DNA of 64,000 nt from Hyphomonas sp. GTDB taxonomy: Bacteria; Pseudomonadota; Alphaproteobacteria; Caulobacterales; Hyphomonadaceae. Positions 19,501 through 25,895 of the stretch are shown one piece after another. The notes under the pieces are model-generated. The model was not told where the DNA came from and did no database searches. It was given only the letters and a program-made list of their open reading frames with translations. Position 1 is the stretch's first letter. Each line of letters begins with the position of its first letter. The position numbers were made by a program, and so were the translations under genes. The stretch is taken from contig NZ_JALHLS010000013.1 of assembly GCF_022844445.1 (NCBI RefSeq), positions 17,926 through 81,925 on the forward strand, in the 5' to 3' direction.

Positions 19501-19661
19501 ATGACAACGAGTTCCCTGCCCCGGCGCACGGCGGCTTCGCGAATGGGGCCGGGCAGTACGCTTTGCCGGATCAGACCCTCCAGCAGGGCTTCCTCATCGG
19601 CGAATTTCAGGGCGTCGAGCGCGTCCCAGTCGACCGGGAGCGAGGCGAGTGTATCAGGCAT
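16527..19661 (-). CDS. putA: Bifunctional proline dehydrogenase / P5C dehydrogenase
   Basis: EGLALMCLAEALLRVPD, SFDMLGE, SVKLSAL, LDAEE, RLVKGAYWD, FATHN, YQRLHGMG, RRLLENGANTSF, ETGG, SAGQRCS and PFGGEGLSGTGPKAGG. Confidence 0.97.
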   Translation of the reverse strand: MPDTLASLPVDWDALDALKFADEEALLEGLIRQSVLPGPIREAAVRRGRELVVIARSRGRRKGMMESFLEEFGLTNSEGLALMCLAEALLRVPDAATRDDLIAEKIRSGNWGAHQGQSDSWLVNASTWGLMLTGRVIGAPETAKKGPAAFVGSLIRQSGEPVIRTAMMQAMRIMGEQFVLGRTVEEALKRGRRMVKSGEAAHFSFDMLGEGARTAADAERYFKAYEAAISAVSADKDAKLPPESANGVSVKLSALHPRYLAVKEARVMAEMYPKVLTLCQQAAKANIGLCLDAEEAHRLVISLKIFEKLAREPSLEGWTGLGLAVQAYQKRALAVIERLGTLANVTGRRFMVRLVKGAYWDSEIKNAQVEGYPNFPVFTTKQGTDVHYLACARAMLAASPAIYPCFATHNAHTLAAVDLLAGAAGVTGFEYQRLHGMGEPLYEAAEAGTRVRVYAPVGAHEDLLPYLVRRLLENGANTSFVHSFLDDSVPPEQVVADPIAKVEMGPRRHPRIPTPPRLYGSARRNSLGHDLSQLGVRSGFASALKALDDGPAIAAGPIVSGGPITGGGEIVRSPADHTRALGAVLEADDIALNAALDAAAAYQPEWDRLGGAKRAEYLHAMADAMEAEAPRLIALMAREAGKTLPDGIAEVREAVDFCRYYAHQAAEDFAAPVRLPGPTGETNHLSLHGRGVFCCISPWNFPLAIFTGQIAAALAAGNTVAAKPAEQTPLIAFEAVRLFHKAGLPADALHLLPGRGETVGAKLTADLRVSGVCFTGGTSTARLINRTLAGRDGPIIPLIAETGGLNGLFVDTTALREQVIDDMITSAFGSAGQRCSALRIAFLPNATADSLIDGLIGAMNELKLGDPARPDTDTGPVIDAEARGLLEKHLARMRAEAKVLHQVDAGALAAAGTGFGPALVELSSLDQITEETFGPVLHVLRYDPDTIAATGAALHAKGYGLTLGIHSRLESFHTAVKAAMPAGNIYVNRSMIGAVVGVQPFGGEGLSGTGPKAGGPHYLHRFATERVVSVNITAQGGDAELLSL

Positions 19662-19791
19662 GGGAACAGGTCAACTCATCAGGAAAGAGGCATGAACTTG
19701 CGGCCGCTGGAGCGGACGAAGCATGAAGATACCTGCGGAGTCGGCGGCCTGCGAGCGGAAATTCCAAGAAAACTGGTGCAGGCAGACCAGG

Positions 19792-20586
19792 CTAGTGCAG
19801 GACGGCGCGGGGGCTGGTGTTGTCCTGGAGCCGGAATTCGACCCGGTTGCGGCCATTGTGCTTGGCGGCGTAGAGGCGTTCATCGGCGGTGCGGTAAAGG
19901 TCGCTGAAGGGCGAGACGTCTTCGAAGGCGACGCCGCCGACGCTGACCGACAGCGCGTGGCGCGCGCCGCCGGGCGCAAACTCCGTCTCGGTGACCGCGA
20001 TGCGGATTCGTTCGGCGGCCGCTTCGGCGCTTTCCCGGCCCTGTCCCGGCATGAACACACAGAACTCCTCACCGCCGACGCGGCCCACGAGATCGGCCTG
20101 GCGCACCGTATCGCGGATCGTCTGGGCGATGAGTTTGAGGGCTTCGTCGCCGCTTGTGTGTCCGAACTTGTCGTTGACCGCCTTGAAGTGGTCCACGTCG
20201 ATGACAAGGAGCGCGCCGCCGATGCGCCTGTCAGATTCTTCGACGCGTTTGAGGTATCCGTCGACCAGCTCGGTGAAGGCCCGGCGGTTGAGCAGCGAGG
20301 TCAGGCTGTCGGTGGACGCAACGGTCATCAGCTCGGTATGAGCGACGGCCAGCTGGCGCATCTTGTCGAGCAGCAGGAAGAAGAAGGGCGGGGCCAGCAG
20401 GACCGGGATGACGAAATTGTTCACAGGATCGCTGCCCCAGCGCCAGCGGCCGGTCGCGACATCGAAACTGTCAATCGCAAAGGCAAACGCAACGCAGATC
20501 AGGGTGCCCAGCGCCATCAGCAGCCACACCCGCGCCCGTCCGCGCGCCGACCAGTCCAGTTTCATCCTGGGGCCTGCATGTTCCAT
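19792..20586 (-). CDS. Membrane-anchored diguanylate cyclase (2 TM + GGDEF)
   Basis: DSLTSLLNRR, DVDHFKAVND and RQAD I-site five residues before GGEEF. Alternative start at 20565. Confidence 0.92.
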   Translation of the reverse strand: MEHAGPRMKLDWSARGRARVWLLMALGTLICVAFAFAIDSFDVATGRWRWGSDPVNNFVIPVLLAPPFFFLLLDKMRQLAVAHTELMTVASTDSLTSLLNRRAFTELVDGYLKRVEESDRRIGGALLVIDVDHFKAVNDKFGHTSGDEALKLIAQTIRDTVRQADLVGRVGGEEFCVFMPGQGRESAEAAAERIRIAVTETEFAPGGARHALSVSVGGVAFEDVSPFSDLYRTADERLYAAKHNGRNRVEFRLQDNTSPRAVLH

Positions 20587-20825
20587 AACGGGCAGGGTAG
20601 AAGAAGTTTCTTAAGGATTGGCTGATGGTGAAGGCCCCGCGTCTGCCAGGTATGTCGCAGTGGCTGCAGGGCCCGGGAATGCGGCTACTGGCTTCACAGG
20701 GTTTCACGCTGCGCCTATACCGCCAGCCGGGCGGGACTGAACGAGGGGTTGCGGCGGCGGAGCCTTTACGGTCCGTATCAAGCCCGCAATGCAGTGTTCA
20801 GCCACGCGGCGATGATGGAGTCCTG

Positions 20826-21935
20826 ATGCGGATCTTGCTCGTGACAGACGCCTGGGACCCCCAGGTCAACGGCGTCGTGCGCACGATGAAGCGCATCATC
20901 GCCGAGACCGAGGCGATGGGCCATGTTTGGGAAATCGTGCATCCCGGCGCGGGCTTCATGACCATGCCGCTGCCGACCTATCCCGAGATCAAGATGGGCC
21001 TGCTTGGCCGGCCGCGGATAAGCGAGATTTTTCACGAGTTCGAACCGGACGCGGTGCATATCGCGACCGAAGGCACTCTGGGCATGGCGGCGCGGGCCGT
21101 GTGCCTGACCGAGAAACACCCCTTCTCGACGGCTTACCACACGCGCTTTCCGGAATATGTGTCGGCGCGCCTGCCCGTGCCGGTTAGCTGGGGCTACTCC
21201 TTTGTGCGCTGGTTCCACAAGTATTCCGGCAAGGTGATGGTCGCGACGCCGTCGCTGATGGAAGAGCTGAAGGGGCACGGCTTCTCGAACCTCGTGGCGT
21301 GGAGCCGGGGCGTCGATACGGAGACCTTCTCGCCTTTGAAGCGGATCGAGGAAGGCCAGCCGGATGATCCGTTCGCGGGCCTGGCGCGGCCGATCTTCCT
21401 GAATGTAGGACGCGTAGCGGTCGAGAAGAATATCGAAGCGTTCGTCGAGCTGGAGCTGCCGGGCACGAAGGTGATCGTGGGAGACGGGCCGCAACTGGAA
21501 GAGCTGAAGCGGAAGTACAAGGACGTCGTGTTCCTCGGCGCAAAGTTCGGCGACGAACTGGCAGCCTGCTATGCCAGCGCGGACGTGTTCGTGTTCCCGA
21601 GCCTGACGGATACGTTCGGACTGGTTGTGCTGGAGGCGATGGCGGCGGGCACGCCGGTGGCCGCGTTTGATGCAACAGGGCCGCGCGACGTGATCCCAGG
21701 CTCCGGCGCGGGCACGATCACGCCGCTGGACGGTGACCTTGCCAAGGGCGCGGTCGATTGCCTCTCGCTCAACCGCGAGGCAGCGCGCGCGCATGCCGAG
21801 ACGTATAGCTGGCGGGCGTGTGCGGAAGTGTTCCTGGAGAACCTTCAGCCGCTGCCGCCGCCGCTGCGCCGGCGTTTCTGGCACAAGATCCGTATACGGA
21901 GGCGCAGGCCGAAGGCGGAGGGTGTCGAGGGGTAG
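20826..21935 (+). CDS. GT4 glycosyltransferase (glycolipid synthase-like)
   Basis: MRILLVTDAWDPQVNGVVRT, HIATEG, TAYHTRFPEY, VGRVAVEKN and FPSLTDTFGLVVLEAMAAGTPVAA. Confidence 0.9.
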   Translation: MRILLVTDAWDPQVNGVVRTMKRIIAETEAMGHVWEIVHPGAGFMTMPLPTYPEIKMGLLGRPRISEIFHEFEPDAVHIATEGTLGMAARAVCLTEKHPFSTAYHTRFPEYVSARLPVPVSWGYSFVRWFHKYSGKVMVATPSLMEELKGHGFSNLVAWSRGVDTETFSPLKRIEEGQPDDPFAGLARPIFLNVGRVAVEKNIEAFVELELPGTKVIVGDGPQLEELKRKYKDVVFLGAKFGDELAACYASADVFVFPSLTDTFGLVVLEAMAAGTPVAAFDATGPRDVIPGSGAGTITPLDGDLAKGAVDCLSLNREAARAHAETYSWRACAEVFLENLQPLPPPLRRRFWHKIRIRRRRPKAEGVEG

Positions 21936-21978
21936 ATTTGCGGACCGGAATGTCTGGTTTTACCCGAAGCCCCCAGGC

Positions 21979-22004
21979 CCCTCTCCCGTTTGACGGGAGA
22001 GAGG
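21979..22004. repeat. REP-like palindrome between convergent GT4 and pstS genes
   Basis: ctctcccgt-ttg-acgggagag hairpin of the CCCTCTCCC..GGGAGAGG type common in alphaproteobacteria. Only one clear copy seen in the window. Confidence 0.5.
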
Positions 22005-22016
22005 TGGTAGCAGAGC

Positions 22017-23123
22017 TTACGGCGTTGCCGTGGCTTTCAGCGAGGCGGCGATTTCCTGTGCTTTGCCGAGTTCGGCTTCATGCAGCGGGATCAGGCCTTT
22101 CTCGATCATGTAGCCATCTTCGCCGCCGGCGCCGTCACTGACCGATTCGACAACGAACTCGGCGAGGCCGGGGACGAGCGGGATGTTCTGGTCCTTGACA
22201 TAGAAGTACATCACCCGCGCAAGGCCGTACTGGCCATTGGTGATGTTCTCGAAGGTCGGCTCGATGCCGCCAAGGTTGGCGCCCTTCACGCGGTCACCGT
22301 TCTGCTCGAGGAAGGAGAATCCGAGCACACCGATGGCATCCGGCGACTTCACGAGCGACTGGACGATGGCAGTGTCATTCTCGCCGAAATCGACCCAGAC
22401 GCCGTCGGTGCGCACGGTGTGGGCGCGCGCCTTGAAGGCTTCCGAATCAGTTTCCTTGAGCGCGGCGAGTTCCGGGATTTCGGCGGCGCCGAGTTCCATA
22501 CCGAGTTCAACAAAAGCATCGCGCGTGCCGGAGGTGGGCGGCGGGCCGAGGACGAGGATCGGCTTTGCGGGAAGGTTCGGGGCAACTTCGTTCCACATCT
22601 TGTAAGGGTTCGGCTTGAAGCCGCCCTGCCCGTCCGGAATATCCTTGGCGAGGGCGAGAAAGAGTTCCTGCTTGGTCAGGTCAAACAGCGGGCCGGCCTT
22701 GGCATTGGCGACGACGATGCCATCATATCCGAGCGGGATTTCGGTGATCGCGGTGACGCCGGCGGCGTTGCAGAGTTCGCGCTCAGATTCCTTGATCGGG
22801 CGCGAGGCGTTGATGATCGACGGCTCGGTCGCGCCGACGCCGGCGCAGAACGCCTTGAAACCGCCGCCGGTGCCGGTTGATTCGACGATCGGCGTGGAGA
22901 AGGAGGTGGTGGCGCCGAAGCGTTCGGCGATGGTGCGCGAGAACGGGGCGACCGTGGAGGAGCCGACGATCTTGATCTTCTGGTCAGCAGAAGCGGTGCC
23001 GGCGACCGGGGCGGCGCCGGAAGCCGAATCATCTTCCAGTTTCGACAGGTCGCTCTGTCCGCAGGCGGCGGCCGCCAACATTACAACGGCCGGCAGGGCC
23101 GATTTTAGAAATCTGGTGAACAT
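22017..23123 (-). CDS. pstS: Phosphate ABC transporter substrate-binding lipoprotein
   Basis: AAAAC lipobox, GSSTVAPF, STGTGGGFKAFC, NASRPIK, GYDGIV, GPPPTSGTRDAF and GENDTAIV. Confidence 0.92.
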   Translation of the reverse strand: MFTRFLKSALPAVVMLAAAACGQSDLSKLEDDSASGAAPVAGTASADQKIKIVGSSTVAPFSRTIAERFGATTSFSTPIVESTGTGGGFKAFCAGVGATEPSIINASRPIKESERELCNAAGVTAITEIPLGYDGIVVANAKAGPLFDLTKQELFLALAKDIPDGQGGFKPNPYKMWNEVAPNLPAKPILVLGPPPTSGTRDAFVELGMELGAAEIPELAALKETDSEAFKARAHTVRTDGVWVDFGENDTAIVQSLVKSPDAIGVLGFSFLEQNGDRVKGANLGGIEPTFENITNGQYGLARVMYFYVKDQNIPLVPGLAEFVVESVSDGAGGEDGYMIEKGLIPLHEAELGKAQEIAASLKATATP

Positions 23124-23174
23124 CCGTGTCTCTCCGCTTGATTCTGCCCGCAATAGCGGGGGATTCGAGCGATC

Positions 23175-23230
23175 GCCATACGCCTCTCATGTGACAGTTG
23201 CTGCGAAAAAAAGTGACAGTTTTGCGACAG
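23175..23230 (-). promoter_or_regulatory. Pho box (PhoB) promoter of pstS
   Basis: Minus strand: CTGTCGC-aaaa-CTGTCAC, then a further CTGTCAC 22 bp on. Half-sites at 23224, 23213 and 23191 are in 11-bp phase. The last is followed after 10 nt by TATGGC (-10). Confidence 0.8.
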
Positions 23231-23254
23231 TGGGCTGGAGGTTAAAAAAACTGC

Positions 23255-23283
23255 TTGCAGGCCCGGGCTTTACCCACTACATG
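23255..23283 (+). promoter_or_regulatory. Sigma70-type promoter of the decarboxylase gene
   Basis: TTGCAG-N17-TACATG. Confidence 0.45.
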
Positions 23284-23289
23284 CACGTT

Positions 23290-23389
23290 CGAAATTGATG
23301 TGGCGGACATCTGGGCTAACCCGACAAAAAGGGGGGCCCCCTGTACTAACGCCCAAAGCTGGTTTGAAGCCCTTTGGAGGTTAGGTGTC
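23290..23389 (+). ncRNA. Structured 5' leader, probably the alphaproteobacterial speF element
   Basis: About 100-nt UTR upstream of an ODC homologue. Stem ccaaag (23353-58)/ctttgg (23372-77) with an inner ggtt/agcc helix occludes the GGAGG RBS. Match to the speF motif is from memory, not a covariance search. Confidence 0.5.
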
Positions 23390-24583
23390 ATGCACACTTA
23401 CGCTACCCCGTATAATATTGTGCGCAATCTGCAGCCGGAACTCCCGGTCTACTGCTTCCGTCCGGAGCGCGTGACGGCTGCTGCACGCTGGTTCGTGGAG
23501 AAGTTCCCGGCCCAGGCCTTCTATGCCGTGAAAGCCAACCCTGCCCCCCACGTGCTCGACGCACTCTGGGAAGGCGGTGTGCGCAGCTTCGACGCGGCCT
23601 CCGAGAAGGAAATCCAGCTCATCCACGGCCGCTTCCCTGGCGCGCGGATCGCGTTCCTGCACCCGGTGAAGCCGCGTCACGCGATCAAACGGGCTTACGA
23701 GAACTATGGCGTGCGCATCTTCGTGACCGACACGGTGGCGGAGCTGAACAAGATTCTCGAGGCCACCGGCCACGCGAAGGATCTGACGATCCTGGTGCGC
23801 ATTGCCGTGTCCTGTGAAGGCTCCGCCCTGCCGCTGGCGAACAAGTTCGGCGCGGGTCCGGAAGAAGCTGCGGAAATCCTCCGTCTTGCCCGCCGTCATG
23901 CGGACGAGGTCGGCGTGTCGTTCCATGTCGGCAGCCAGGCGATGAAGCCTTCGGCCTGGGCGCAGGCCATGTCGGATGCAAGCCGCGTGATCATCGAGGC
24001 CGGCGTGACCGTGGACATCGTGGATGTCGGCGGCGGCTTCCCCGCGATCTATGGCGACCAGTCGCCGCCGGAAATGGACGCCTATGTGGCCATGGTGATG
24101 CGTTCGTTTGAGAACATGTTCGTTCTCGAGAATGCGGAGCTTTGGTGCGAGCCGGGCCGTGCGCTGGTCGCCGAAGCCGAGAGCCTCCTGGTGCGCGTGG
24201 ACCTTGCGAAAGGCAACACGCTCTACATCAACGACGGCTCGTATGGTTCGCTCTACGACGCGGTGCACGAACGCTGGAACTTCCCGATCCGTGCCATCCC
24301 GGGCGATGCCCGCAAGATGGGCCGGATGGTGGAATACACGGTGTACGGCCCGACCTGCGATTCGACCGACATGCTGGCCGAGAAGGTCTGGCTGCCGGCC
24401 GGCATGACCGAAGGCGACTATATCGAGTTCGGCAACATCGGGGCCTATGGTCGGTCGATGGCGACCCGCTTCAACGGCTTCGGTGAAGCCGAAACGCTGG
24501 TCGTGCAGGATGCGCCCTGGCCGAGCCTTTACGGCGCGGCATCGGCCGAAGTCGTCGCGTTCGGCTCGCAAGCCACGAACTGA
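23390..24583 (+). CDS. Fold-type III PLP basic amino acid decarboxylase (ornithine/lysine/arginine decarboxylase family)
   Basis: YAVKAN (PLP Lys), FDAAS, SFHVGSQ, DVGGGF, EPGRALV, GPTCDSTD and GAYG. Confidence 0.92.
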   Translation: MHTYATPYNIVRNLQPELPVYCFRPERVTAAARWFVEKFPAQAFYAVKANPAPHVLDALWEGGVRSFDAASEKEIQLIHGRFPGARIAFLHPVKPRHAIKRAYENYGVRIFVTDTVAELNKILEATGHAKDLTILVRIAVSCEGSALPLANKFGAGPEEAAEILRLARRHADEVGVSFHVGSQAMKPSAWAQAMSDASRVIIEAGVTVDIVDVGGGFPAIYGDQSPPEMDAYVAMVMRSFENMFVLENAELWCEPGRALVAEAESLLVRVDLAKGNTLYINDGSYGSLYDAVHERWNFPIRAIPGDARKMGRMVEYTVYGPTCDSTDMLAEKVWLPAGMTEGDYIEFGNIGAYGRSMATRFNGFGEAETLVVQDAPWPSLYGAASAEVVAFGSQATN

Positions 24584-25398
24584 ACGTCCGGAAATCCGTA
24601 ACGTCTGAGGACGCGCGTAATGCCGTCCGTCTCGTCCGGCGGGCGGGTGAGGAGGCTTGTCCCTCCCTGCCCGCCGGATTGAGTATTTTCCGGCAGCACA
24701 CGGATGGTCTGGCGCGCGATGGCGGCGCCTGAATCGATATAGGAAACGGGCCGCGGCGCGGTGGCGATGAGCTGGCCGCGCACCAGCGGGAAATGGGTAC
24801 AGGCAAGCACGATCGTGTCGATCTCATCTCCGCCTTCGGCATTGAAGAGCGGGGCCTGGGCGGCAGCAAAGGCTTCGGGCGGGATGTCTTCTCCGCGGGC
24901 ATGGGCTTCGGCGAGTTTCACCAGTTCGAGGCTGCCGTGCAGGATGACGCGCTTGCCGGCCGCGAACTCCTCAATCAGGCGGGCCGTGTAGGCGCGCCGG
25001 ATGGTGCCGGGCGTGGCGAGGAGGCCGATAGTGCCAGTCTCGGTGAGCCGGGCGGCCGGCTTGATGGCGGGAACGGTGCCGACAACAGGGATCGAAAGCG
25101 CGGCGCGCACTTCGGCGAGTGCCAGCGTGCTGGCCGTGTTGCAGGCGATGACGAAGACATCCGGCCGGACCGCATCAACCAGGGCGCGGGCGACCTTCGG
25201 CAGGCGCTCGCGCAGGGCTTCGTCAGATTTGTCCCCGTACGGGAAAAAGCCGGTATCGGCGGCGTAGTGGACCGTGAGCCGGGGGCCGAGGGCACGGATC
25301 TCGCCGGCAACGGTGAGCCCGCCGACGCCCGAATCAAAGACCAGGACACGGCCCCGGGCGGGCGACGGCTCGAACGGATAGGGCGCGGCATCAGGCAT
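24529..25398 (-). CDS. murI: Glutamate racemase
   Basis: FDSGVGGL, PYG, IACNTAS, VVGTVPAIKPA and VLACTHFP. Confidence 0.95.
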   Translation of the reverse strand: MPDAAPYPFEPSPARGRVLVFDSGVGGLTVAGEIRALGPRLTVHYAADTGFFPYGDKSDEALRERLPKVARALVDAVRPDVFVIACNTASTLALAEVRAALSIPVVGTVPAIKPAARLTETGTIGLLATPGTIRRAYTARLIEEFAAGKRVILHGSLELVKLAEAHARGEDIPPEAFAAAQAPLFNAEGGDEIDTIVLACTHFPLVRGQLIATAPRPVSYIDSGAAIARQTIRVLPENTQSGGQGGTSLLTRPPDETDGITRVLRRYGFPDVQFVACEPNATTSADAAP

Positions 25399-25465
25399 GG
25401 CAGGGAATCTAAGCGCATTCCGGCGCGGCGCAATCGGGGCACTGGCGCAGCGTAAACGGGGCGTT

Positions 25466-25494
25466 TGGCACGAAACTTGTTGTGCAGCGCACAA
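25466..25494 (+). promoter_or_regulatory. Sigma54-like promoter abutting a PhaR-type operator
   Basis: TGGCACG-aaac-TTGT at 25466-25480 (GG intact; GT instead of GC at -12). Palindrome TTGTGC-AGC-GCACAA at 25480-25494 contains TGCAGCGCACAA, fitting TGCRNYGCASMA. Confidence 0.55.
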
Positions 25495-25522
25495 TCGAGG
25501 CCTAGCGTGAGGAGGTTAACCC

Positions 25523-25846
25523 ATGGGGAAACAGGAAATGATGGATTTCTGGCTGAATTCCTGGCGCGCCTACACAACGATGACCGCCGCCTCGCTCGAC
25601 ACGCTGCTGACGATGCAGAAGAGCATGATGAACCTTTCCTCAATCACGCTGTCGGACGGCTTTGATGGCGCCGACGAGAACTACATGCGCGAGGCTTTCC
25701 AGCGAGCCGCCGACGCGAACGTACGGCGCTGGTCCGACACCGCCGACATGCTGAAGGGCATGCCGACCTGGGTGCAGAAGATGAATTCGGTGCCCGGCAC
25801 GACGCTGGTGGACCTGTTCGACAAGGCGCAGCGCGGGCGCGGCTGA
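25523..25846 (+). CDS. Small helical protein, phasin-like candidate
   Basis: Strong GGAGG RBS and typical codon usage. Amphipathic, Met/Ala-rich helical sequence; PhaR-like box upstream. Confidence 0.6.
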   Translation: MGKQEMMDFWLNSWRAYTTMTAASLDTLLTMQKSMMNLSSITLSDGFDGADENYMREAFQRAADANVRRWSDTADMLKGMPTWVQKMNSVPGTTLVDLFDKAQRGRG

Positions 25847-25895
25847 CGCCCCGCTCCCGTGTGGACTTGGACGGCGCCCTGATTTACCTCGGGGC

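Noticed and set aside
20587-20825. Pho box upstream of the GT4 gene
   Set aside because: Candidate half-sites are 9-10 bp apart rather than 11 and match poorly.
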